From assembly GCA_905178155.1 (NCBI GenBank), contig CAJINV010000007.1, forward strand, positions 4,304,258-4,368,257: 64,000 bases of DNA, in the 5' to 3' direction. Below, in pieces: positions 36,493 through 47,600 of this stretch. The number at the start of each line of letters is the position of its first letter. Position 1 is the stretch's first letter. This stretch comes from Amoebophrya sp. A120 (taxonomy: Eukaryota > Protista > Dinoflagellata). The translations under genes were made by a program, and so were the position numbers. The notes under the pieces were generated by a model that had not been told where the DNA came from, did no database searches, and saw only the letters and a program-made list of their open reading frames with translations.

Positions 36493-37079
36493 CTACAAGG
36501 AGCTACACGGCAATCCGCTGTACAGACTCGCCAGCTTTCCTTCGCCACCACACTTCTTCTTCGGATCGCCAGCGCACTTGTTCGAGCATTGCGCCGGGTT
36601 CACAATTTTCCCGATCTCCACAGTCGCGTAACAAACACAATCGTCCTTCTGCATCGTGAAGTAGGGGTAGATCTCACCTGTTGTAAATGTGTTTATTTTG
36701 ATTTACACATTTTTCACATCATCATCAACATGTACATGCTCATGGAGATAACGTTCCCTACACCAGTGCGTAGTTATTCACTCACATCACAATCACCGAC
36801 GTGCATACCTTATGATATGCAGGGCAAAAAAAAATCGTAACCCATGTCGTGCAGCTACGTACCTTGCGACACGCAGTTTTTGGCGCAATCTTCGGGCGTT
36901 TCAGCCCGGTTCCCGGGGAACGAAGGCGTCCCCTCCTCGATCTCGACACAAGCGTAAGGCAGTCCCACGGCCGTGGTCGTGGCGTTGTAGGAGCGCAGCT
37001 GGAATTGCAGGCCCGTTGCCAGCGTTGCGAAGATATTTGCGGTGAGGAGCAACCTGCGAAACGGAGAACAACGCTCCAT
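36493..37079 (-). CDS. Small secreted WSC-domain protein (~133 aa). Exons 37079-36863, 36677-36493
   Basis: Signal-like N-terminus. One GT-AG intron (36678-36862). TPEDCAKNCVSQG-EIYPYFTMQKDDCVC...QCSNKCAGDPKKKCGG...SLY fits the WSC Cys pattern. Second exon is absent from the ORF track; an alternative ATG lies at 37106. Confidence 0.85.
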
Positions 37080-37618
37080 TCTGCTTCCGACGCCCCTGCT
37101 CACCATCTTTGCTGCTGCGGGCGCTCCGGCACTCTTGTGTGCCACGGATTCTTTAAATAAGACAAATGGAAATCATCATGATCGCGCGTCGCACGACGCA
37201 TACGCAGTTTCGGATAGTAAATTCGTGTTTTTGTATGTGGATCATCGTCAAAAGTGGTTGCTCGGGACAATATAGCATGCTTCTTGTTTAGATCTTACTT
37301 CGTGATCGTGACCTGGAGCTTTAGCCTTCGACTTCGTAGGACTAGATCCTGTTCTTTCACGCAGAAAGTTTTTCGTTGGCCTGAATCCTTTTCGAAATCG
37401 AGGAACATCAACACAGCAGTTCGTACCACAGCCAAATCTAAGGCGTGCTACTTTACGTGCGCCGCCACCCTCTCAGAGCTCGCGCAGCCTCAAACGACAA
37501 CAAAACGGCAGGGCAAGACCGATTTTTGTCCAAAACGGCAAAAGTGTATAAGTGTTTTCAATTTCGGTTTCCGGACAATGCCGAAAGCAAAGGACATCTT
37601 CAACATCCACCACGAGCG

Positions 37619-40600
37619 TCACAGCTTTGAGGCCGCTGTATTGTTACACGGGTACAATTCCTTGATTTTCAAGTCGTTCTCCTCCGAAACGGAATTCGGC
37701 ATGGTCACCGCGAAGTCCCGATTGGCTTTCATTTCCCGATCCACCGCAAACTCGGCATTTGGGTTCCGGGCCCAGGACCGACGGGTGATGCCGTTGTAGA
37801 CGTCCCAATGCAGCATGCGCTTCAGCTTGGTGGACGCCTCTGAAGAGCCGTCGAGAAGAAGACCGAAGCCACCGTTCATGACCTGGTGATGTTGTGCTGG
37901 AGAGGTTGACATAATCCTAATCCCTCCCCTATGATTTGAACACATATGATGTAGGAGCTAGTGGTCACGTCTAAAGAAAGAACAAAGACCGAGAAGTCCA
38001 GTCACGACTACGCTTAAAAAGCAAGTACTTACCTCGCCCCACCCGACCCCTCCCCCGTTGTGCAGCGACACCCAGGTCGCGCCGCGGAAGGAGTCCCCGA
38101 TGCAGTTTTGCACTGCCATGTCTGCGCAGAAGCTGCTGCCGTCGTAGATGTTCGATGTTTCGCGGTACGGCGAATCCGTCCCGGAAACGTCGTGGTGATC
38201 CCGACCGAGGACCACCGGACCTGACAGTTTTTTACTTTTTATCGCCTGGTTAAACGCCTCGGCGATCTTCATGCGCCCCTCGGCGTCCGCGTAGAGAATC
38301 CTCGCCTGGGAACCGACGACCAGCTTGTTCGCTCGGGCGCCCTTGATCCAGGTAATGTTGTCCCGGAGCTGCTGCTGGATTTCGACCTGATAGAATTTTG
38401 TGCAGAAATTTAAATTGACCCGTGGTCATGTGGTTGGGGGGAGGAGACGTAGAAAAGAGCTGTACCTCACGAGCAGTTTGAACCAGCTGGCGTGGCTGCA
38501 AAAAATAAGTTGCGACTACACTTACTCTGATTCAATAAGTACCGGCGACGTCTTCGCGACTTGCTCGAGCGCCTCGCAGGCGATCGCGTCGGTCGTCGCC
38601 AAATCCTCCTCCTTCCCACTGCAGCAGACCCACCGAAATGGCCCGAACCCGAAGTCGAAGCAGATCGGGCCCATGATGTCTTCGACGTAGCTCGGGTAGC
38701 GGAACTTCGTGTCGTCGTTCTTGTCGATGATGTCGGCACCGGCGCGCTTGCACTGCAGCAGAAACGCGTTGCCGTAGTCAAAAAAGTACATCTGTCTCTC
38801 CTCCGTCATGACGTTGATGGCCGCCGCGTGTCGTACTAACGTTTTCTCGACCAGTTGCTTGAACCTCGCCGGATCTTTTTGCATGATGCTCCGGGACTCG
38901 TCGAGAGGTAAATCCGCGGGGTAGTACCCGCCAGCGAAGGGGATGTGGAGGGACGATTGGTCGCTTCCGAGATCGACATGGACCTGATGTGGGTTTCACT
39001 ACGATGCAATTCCCTTTACTTATTCCTATGGACCAAACTCCTTAAGAACTCCCCTTAAGACTTCCCCTTAAGAAACTCCTTAAAAAAGGGGGGGGGCGCG
39101 GAATCGATGACACCATGGGGGTTCATTTTTGCGCCGAGGGTATGCTGCGTTTTCTTATGTGCGTTGGCGCAAACTTTTGGCAACGAGAAAATCGGGCCCA
39201 TAGCATGGGGATTGAGGGCGAAAAGTTTTAAGGCGATTTCTTTAAGGGGGAATCTTTAAGGGGCATCTTTAAGGGCATTCTTAAGGGGATCTTTAAGGGG
39301 GCTTTTAAGGGGACGCTTAAGGGGGGCCCATAGAGCAGCCCAAGCGATTGCGCCAGGGGAAAGGGCGCAAAAACCTATCTACTGGGGGGTCCTGCGTGCC
39401 ATGAGCAGAACGGCGGCCAGCGACAACCAACACGCGCAAGGCAGCCCGCCGGCAGGCTACCTAGCGTGCGGCCGCGCGCCGGCAGGCTAGCGGGGACGGC
39501 CGACAGGCTAGCGGAGGCAGCCGGCAGAGTAGCGAGGGCGGCTGGCAGCGTAGCGGGTGCAGCCGGGACGGAGGGTAGCGGGGGCGGCCGGCCGGGTAGT
39601 GGGGGCAGCCGGCCGGGTAGCGGGGGCAGCTGGCCGGGTAGCGGGGGCGGCCGGCAGGGTAGCGGGGGCAGCCAGCCGGGTAGCGGGGGCAGCCGGCAGG
39701 GTTGGTAGCGAGGGCAGCCGGCAGGGTAGCGGGGGCGGCCGGAAGGGTAGCGGGGGCGGGTTGGCAGCCGGCAGAGTAGCGGGGGCAGCCGGCAGAGTAG
39801 CGGGGGCAGGCAGCCGGCAGAGCAGCGCGGACAGCCGGCAAGCTAGCGAAGGCAGCCGGAAGGGTAACGGGGGCGGCAGGCGGGGTAGCGGGGCCCGCCG
39901 GAAGGGTAGCGGGGGCAACCGGCAGGGCAGCCGGAAGGGTAGTGGGGGCAGCGGGGCGGCATGGTAGCGGGGGCAGCCGCCAGGGTAGCGGGGGCCGGCG
40001 GGGTAGCGGGGGCGGCCGGCCGGGTAGCGGGGGCAGCCGGCAGGGTAGCGGGGGCAACCGGCAGAGTAGCGGGGACAGCCGGCAGGGTAGCGGGGGCAGC
40101 CGGCAGGGTAGCGGGGGCAGCCGGCAGGGTAGCGGGGGCAGCCGGCAGGCTCGCTACCTGTCTGAGGACGGCACGGGCGGGGCAAGCAGCAGCCGGCACG
40201 CCGCCAGCGGGCGGCAAGATGCCAAAGAGGTAGCGCGGGCGGGGCAGGCAGCTGGCGCGGGGTTGTCGAAAGCCGGCGCGCGAACGCGCCCAGCTTCCAA
40301 ACTGACATCGGGCCCCCTCTCCCGGTCTCCTTGCAGTTTATTCAGTCACCGATCTACCGGTCGCAACCGACAATCCCAAGCCCAGGCGAGCCCAGCAGGG
40401 CTCGCCCCGAGGCTTGTTCATCTTATTTTCAAAATCAAATGTAAGTAGCATTGCGATTGCAGGATGTTTTTCTGACATTAAATGACCTCTTCTCACTCTG
40501 CTTAAAAACATTACTACCTTTTCCCGCACCAAAAACTCCCACAATTCCACAATGTTTCCCAGAAACGCGAAGGACTTCGCCTTTTTCTCCACATCCTGGG

Positions 40601-41675
40601 CATACTTCACCTTCTTCAGCAACACCCCCAAATCCGATTCGATCTCGTCCACCCACCCCTGCGAATGCCGCTTTTTCGCCGCAACGGAGTCGATTTCCGC
40701 GGTAATGGAGATCATGTGCGCGATGTTTGCCGCTTTCGGCTGGGCGCCCGACATGCCACCGAGGCCGGCGGTGATGAAAAGTAGGGGCTTGTTCTCCGGG
40801 TTGAAGGCTTTTCCTCGTTTCTGCTTCAGAATCCTCGCGGCGTTCAATAATGTGATCGTGGTCCCGTGCACAATTCCCTGCGGCCCGATGTACATGTAGC
40901 TCCCCGCCGTCATTTGGCCGTACTGGGAAACCCCCAAGGCGTTCATCCTTTCGTAGTCGTCGGGGGTCGATTTCGAAGGGATGACCATGCCGTTCGTCAC
41001 AATCACCCGCGGCGCGTCTTTCGAGCTGGGGAACAGCCCGTGCGGGTGCCCGCTGTACATGGCGAGCGTCTGTTCATCCGACATCGTCGCGAGGTACTTC
41101 ATAGTCAGCAAGTACTGGGCCCAGTTTTGAAAAACCGCACCATTCCCACCGTACGTGATCAACTCGTAGGGATGTTGCGCAACTTTTGGATCGAGGTTAT
41201 TTTGGATCATCAGCATGATCCCCTTCGCGTGCAGTGATTTCCCCGGGTACTGCTCGATCGGCCGCGCGAACATGTCGTAGTGCGGCATGAAACGGTACAT
41301 GTAGATCCGCCCGTAGGTTTCCAACTCTGTCGCGAATTCCTCGGTTAAGTCTTTGTGAAATCTCTGCGGGAAGTACCGCAAAGCGTTCTTCAAGGCGAGC
41401 TGCTTCTCGCGGTTCGTCAAAATCTGCTTCCTTTTCGGTGCGCGGGAGACCGGTTTTGTCGTGAGTCTCTGCGGTGGGGTTGGGAGCTCGTCGAGGGGGA
41501 TTCCGGTCAGAATCTGCTGCTGAAATAATTCGATGGAGTCCGTGGTCTGCTTCGCGATTGAGGGAGTACTTGATGTTTGCGCTGCTGGGTCTGTGATATT
41601 TTTCCCTGGTTTAGCATAGGGATGCGCCCGTGGAGACGGGTTTGTGACAGACGAAGAGGTGGCCGAGCCCGTCAT
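37619..41675 (-). CDS. UROC1: Urocanate hydratase (urocanase, ~738 aa). Exons 41675-40518, 38983-38543, 38386-38033, 37882-37619
   Basis: NNLDPKVAQHPYELITYGGNG, YGQMTAGSYMYIGPQGIVHGT, GLGGMSGAQP, FGFGPFRW, GRDHHDVSGTDSPYRETSN, SLHNGGGVGWG. Three GT-AG introns. Confidence 0.96.
39038..39327. repeat. Inverted arrays of CCTTAA / TTAAGG(GG) units inside urocanase intron 1
   Basis: Four CCTTAA units at 39038-39085 face about eight TTAAGG units at ~39228-39327. Confidence 0.8.
39475..40150. repeat. 21-bp G-rich minisatellite (GGCAGGGTAGCGGGGGCAGCC)n inside urocanase intron 1
   Basis: About 30 degenerate tandem units; the 7-aa periodicity appears in all ORF-track translations of the region. Confidence 0.92.
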
Positions 41676-42469
41676 GGTTGAGCTTGATGATGAAATTTTG
41701 TAAAGAGAAGGGAAACAAAAGGAGCTACTCAAGTACTTACACAACTTGGAAATTGACCAAGTGCGGGGAAGCGTTACAAGGGCTCAAAGTCGCATGGTTG
41801 GTAAAGCAGGCACAATAGAAACAGACAATTGCTCTGCTTCGGTCAGTAGGTGAAAGTAAACTTCTTATTTACCGCAAACTATACATTCCGACGAGGGCTC
41901 GTGCTGAAAAATAAAAGAATCCCGGTGGACCTGGATGTCAAACTGCCGTCTGGAGAATGGCATGCAGAACTAGTAGCTTTGAAAGCATGCGGCATTTGCA
42001 CACAATCGGTACACGAGATTACTTGTAAAATTCATGTTCATGTTGTCTCACTCATAACTTAAACCACGTTTGTTTCCACTCTTTGTTTCGCTCCAAACAA
42101 TGCCATTGTTTAAAAGGGTGGATATTAAACAAAGACATCACAAAAACAGGACACAGTGCATCTCGGGGAGGTTGACGTTGAGATGAGTACACTACTTACG
42201 CGTGTTGAGTTGTGCAGTTCTTACTCGCCCGTTGTTTCGTCAATCCACCTACCAACATGTTCGTGTTCTTGGACCCGTGTGTATTGAGAATGCGAACGGT
42301 TTTTGGAGAAGCTTTTTTCTATACTACACTGGTGCTTCAGGACGCGACCGCCACAGGGGGTCTCGGATAGCGGTACAACTACGACGGAGAATGTTGCCTA
42401 GCCAGCCTTGAAAAAGTGTTGTAAATTTGTCATGCAGATTCACCTACACACGAATTGCATAGACGGCAT

Positions 42470-43684
42470 CTACAACTCATCATCGTCGTCCAGGTCGTCG
42501 TGCTCCACGTCCACCATGCTCTTTCCCAGATTATCCAAGTGATGAAACAAGATATCGTTTCTGCAATGCTACCCCAGCCGTTTAACTACGCATGACAAAG
42601 TCATGCACAACTAGCATTGCAGAAACGATTATCCTTGTCACATCTCATAGAACATCTCACCCAACAAGCTGTTGCGCTTGATGACCCAGGCCTTCTTTTC
42701 CGTCGTCATGTTGCCCAGCGCCAACTTTTTCAACCGGTTCCACCTTTTGTCGTTTTGGTTTTTGGACTAGGACAATGCATGACAGAATGTAACAAGGTAT
42801 CCATTCTTGATTCAAGTTCAACGTGCGAAATTGATGTGTCATGCAATCCCAACAATGAATACTCCTTATCCTGGTCGGTCTTCGTTTTCGGTTGCCACTT
42901 CGCAATAAAGGTCTTCTCCTTGTCGCTGCACTCCTTTTGCTCCTTAACGCTGCACTGCGAGGCCAATTTCTCTTTGACGAATTTCGTCAACGAGTCGCCG
43001 TCGCGACCTGAAAAGAGTAATGTTCGAAAAAATGCAGACAAGTATTTCCGCATGACATGCACATTGAATAAAAAACCGTCTGCGCATCATATCACATTCT
43101 TGTGCATGAATTAAGTGTTTCACTTTTTCGACGTCCTTATCCCTTGACGTCAATTTTACCTCCTTGATAATCCTGCAGTGTGACCCCAGACTCCGCGTTG
43201 TAGTACTTGAGGGTCGGGTACCCGCGTACGTCAAACCGCTGGCAAACGGAATCTTCCACGGTGCAATCGACATCGGCGATCAAAACGCTCGGGTCGTTTT
43301 TGAAATCATCGGCAAGCTTGTCCCACGCCGGACGGAGGGCTTTGCAGTGCCCACACCAGGGCGCGAAAAATTTGATCTGATAGATTGGTAAATTGAAATT
43401 GAGTTTCAGTTTTGTGTACTCGGAAGGTAAAGAACGTAGACCTAGATGAGAGCGCGTCTTCGCACTAATTTCGGCTATACACAGAAACGTCTACACGGCT
43501 GTCGCTGTGATTAGCGGCATGCATGACAGAAAAAGCACAAAATTCATACGAGAGCTCCTTTCCCGGATTTCATCGCTTCTTTTTCAAAATTTGCTTGCGT
43601 CAAATGAGCGACGCTGTCTGCAGATGCGAGGGACGCAAGGGCAGCAGAGGCTGCGACGACGAGCTTTTTCGTAGCGGAAACCAT
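42470..43684 (-). CDS. Small ER protein disulfide isomerase-like protein with one thioredoxin domain (~214 aa). Exons 43684-43550, 43376-43160, 43007-42863, 42743-42661, 42534-42470
   Basis: Signal peptide, IKFFAPWCGHCK, VRGYPTLKYY, helical C-domain, C-terminal DDEL. Three GT-AG introns and one non-canonical intron. Confidence 0.9.
42535..42660 (-). mobile_element. Degenerate introner-like non-canonical intron IE9 (GT...GG, 126 bp)
   Basis: TTGG direct repeat at both junctions. Perfect internal 18-bp inverted repeat ATCGTTTCTGCAATGCTA / TAGCATTGCAGAAACGAT. Of the junctions I tested, only this one reaches the DDEL-stop frame. Confidence 0.75.
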
Positions 43685-44696
43685 TGGTCTTGTTGTACTT
43701 CCCGAGTACGCAATGCGGCGATTCAAGCTCAACTTCTACCTAGACTTGTCTGTCTAATGGACAATCCGATGCTCCAGATACGGAGTACGTACTATGGGGC
43801 AGCAGCTAATGGACAAACGAAAATCCTTCTCCTATTAATTGCTTTAATATCGCGTCAACTTCAGCAGAAATGCAAGTCATGCGGTTGGTAAAGGATCCCA
43901 ACTTCTTCATCTTCGGGAAAGCAAAAGCATTGCGTTGGGTTGCGCTTTGCGGTGCGACAAAACGGAAAATCAAAATAGAGAGAACGCGCGATCGCAGGGA
44001 AAACACAAAAAAAAATAAGGATTGCGGCCCAACTTTGGGACAGGGACGAGGATCTTTGTATTTTTTTCTGAACAGTAACAGATGAAAGGAAAACAGAAAC
44101 AAACTGCTAGAAGATGAGACAAAGACACCAAATCACATCTGAGAACTATGAGCATCAACATGGACATGAACACACTCAGTGCCCGCAGGTGACAATGTTA
44201 AATTGTTCACCGCACAATTACATGCCTTGCCGTCGCTATCCCCAACACGGGACTGGAATAAAAAGCATCACAGTAAATTGCAAACGGCTATCGCAGCAGC
44301 GACTTACCAAAATTAAGTTTTCTATGCGCAGTTCATCCCTACTGAGCTCTTTCTTCTTGATTACGAATGAACATGATGACGAGCATGGGCTTTACTTTGA
44401 AAAAGAAAAAAGATCCGATACTTTCCTCAATACAGATACCGTCGTTACATCACGCAGATCAGCGCTCTTGCAATTTGTCTACTTCATCTGGTTTCTTTGC
44501 GAAATCGTATTGATCATTCCAGTCTTTGGTCTTTGTTCAGTATGTTCAGTGCTACTTGCAGAAGTTTATTCCGCAATAACGTTGTTGACTTGAAGTTAAG
44601 ATAAGTTTTGTTTTCTGAAGAGTACTACAACCAGCCGTCAAAAAATCTTTTACAAACCAAGTACCTCGTCGCACACTAAAAGTACAACTCGTCACC

Positions 44697-47600
44697 CTAA
44701 GAGCGCGATTGTGGTGAAATCGAGACTTCTTTCATTCCGTCGGGCGAGGAGTCCACTACAACTTTGCTCCCTCCAGCACCACCACCTTCTCCCCGCGCCG
44801 CCGCTTCCCTCGCTAACCTTTCTTCTATTCTCTTCATTCTTTGCCGGTAGTGCCTCTGGACCTTCGAAGCCGCGACGTGGTGTTCTAACGGTACTATCAC
44901 CGGCCGTTCCACAGGTTTGAATAAAACGCGATCCCCGCCAAAAGCCCGCACGACTCTCCACAACCTCTGCAATCTTCTCTGCTCCTCGTCATTGTGCAAC
45001 GTGGCGTCCAAAGAGTCCGACGTCGCACCCGTAGACAACTTGTGGCTGTGCCGCCTTATTCCTGCAGTAGTCCCGCTGTCTCGCTTGTCCGGCGAGAGTG
45101 TCGGCATGGTCTTGTTGCGGGAATTACTGCTTGTCCAACAGGTCGACGGCTTTTTCGAGGGCGACACGTTCCTACTCCCGGCTTGGCTGCCATACTGCGA
45201 ATTTGCTCTACTGCGGTTTTTGTTCTGCCTATTCGCTCCGACATAGGACAAAACGTTGTGCATCATCGTCGAGAATAGGGTAGAGAAGATATTCTCGTCG
45301 TTCTCCAATTGGTTGGAGTGGTGCAAGAGCTTCTCATTCACAGAATCCAACTCATTTATCACCTGCAGCTGCGCTTCTGGTAAATCGTCCGAACTGTGGA
45401 TGATCAAATACCGAAAAACGGACAAAATGGCCGCCGTCACCGGCACCAAGCCCTCGTTCGTCACCCGGAGGTAGAGCGATTTCGTGAATTTCAAGTCGAA
45501 TTTGTTGTATTTCTTCGACTTTTCCAAGTCCCGGGAAATCCTGTTGAAGTTCGAGTTGCTTTCCTTCGCACCCCTATTACCGCCGTCTTTGTTGCTCTTT
45601 TGGTCATGTTCTACAGGATGCTTGTGACTACTTGCACTTGTAGACACCTCTCGGATCACGTGGTCTAAATATTCCAACGCTTTCGGAAGCGGCAAGTAGC
45701 ACGTGCAGTTCGGATCGTATTGCTTCCACCGCTTGATGCACAATTGCACCACTTCCGAAAATGTCTCGTCCCGCTGCGCCGTCTCGTCAAAGGATTCAAA
45801 AATCACCGCGATGAACAGGTTCAAAATCAAATACGTGATCAAAATGGTGTACGTAGTCCAGAACAAATAGCTCCACTTCGTCCCACACTCTACCGGCTGC
45901 TCGATCGCGTTACTGCCTTTGTAGTCCTTCCAATTTTCGAAGTCGATGTTGTTCGAAATCCGCATTTCGTCCACGCACTCGACCTCTAGGAAAGTTTTGT
46001 AGAAGAACTTATCCTTCGCGAAGTTGTGCATCAGCACGTTCCAGGCCTCGCCCGTGCAGGACCGGAACAGGGTGACAATGGAGGTTTGAAACGTGCGGAA
46101 ATTTGCGTATTGGTTGTGCTCGGCTATCCGTACGTCGTCCCCGAACTGTCGGACTTTTGCGAACAGGTGAATCCCGAGCAGCGCGTAGACGAAGAGAAAA
46201 AGTGCGAACACGCCGCCGACGTTGACCTGATAAGTTTAGCGGGTTAGCTCTCGGCACTTGTTTCTTGCAAATCACGAGCAAAATCAGCATCAGCAATTGC
46301 ATTTCAACATGATTATTGTGTGCGCTGTGCAGCATCAGAAAACGAATCCATAAACCACATACCAGCTTCGGTATGGACAGCAGAAAAGCGTGGAACAACT
46401 TGTTCAGGCCTTTCAAGAATCTCGCCAACCGAAACAGCCGGGCCACCCGAAACAGTCTTATCACCGCGAAAAACCCGACCGCGGAAAATTTATCCACATT
46501 CGACAGCTCCAAAATCAGTCCCACGTCCGCTACCACCACGCACAAAAAGTCGAAGCAGTTCCAATTCACTTTGAAATACGCCATTTTCATCGCTAGCAAC
46601 TTCAACACCGCCTCGAGATTGAACACGAGCACGAAGAATTCGTTGAAAAAATCCAACAGTCTGTGATACCCCGTCGTCGGTTCCGGAACGACTTGGGAGG
46701 CGAGGGTCAAGGTGTTTAACAAAATACACAGCGTGATGATCGCGTCGAAAGAGCCGGACGAGACGAAATTGTACAGTTTTCTCCTCCATTTCGGAACTTT
46801 ATGCAGATTCGTCAACAAAAACAGCTGCTGCAGCTGCTGCACGGAGATCATTCGGTTGCAGTCGACCCACTTCTTCTGCGACTCGGTTAAGAACAAAGAC
46901 GTCTGCCCGGTTTCTCTTTTTATCTTCGTGAAATTCTCGATAATGACCCCCACGGCTAAATTCAGGATGAAAAACGACCCGAAGAAGATGAAAAGGACGA
47001 AAAACAAGCTCCAGAACTGGTTCCGATCCCGCTTCGGGCTGTGGTACGGCTTGATCGGTGAGTCCACGCCGTCGTACATCACGTCCACCCAGGACTCGGT
47101 AGTCGCGATTTCTAACAGCGTCATCATGCCCTGCGGCAACGTGTCGAAATTCTGGTCGCTGGTAATCCACTTCCCGCCCTGTTCCAAGCAAGTCGCTGCC
47201 TCGTGTACGAACCCCTGACAGGCGTCGGAACAAAGACACTTGGAAATACACTCCTTCGCGCAGCTGTACTTCGCGAGGTTAGTACTGTCAGAAGATGCTG
47301 GTAAAGAAGTAGCAGTAGCCACCGCCTCGGCGGACTTGCAGAAGTAGGGGTGTTTGGAATCCGTGCAGTGGTCGAAACATGAGACGAATTCTTCATCGGC
47401 TTCGTTTTGGACGAAGGCGGTTAAAGAGTTCCAATCGTGGATTTTGTTTGTTTCCACCGTAGTTTGTTGTTCTTTCGCTATCACGGTGGTCTTCGCTGGA
47501 TCCAGGATGGTCAAAGTGGTTGATTTGCTACCGGACGGTGTTGTTTCTGTTGCTGAAACATCGCCACTTTTCACGACCACATGCACTGGGACGGAATCGT

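Noticed and set aside
39461-40448. Repetitive ORFs (AGCPRYP / PAAPATL)
   Set aside because: Translations of the 21-bp minisatellite inside a canonical intron.
46009-46362. C-terminus of the 3926-aa ORF as given in the track
   Set aside because: Read-through into a GT-AG intron (46227-46362); repeat IV continues in the 44697-46226 exon.
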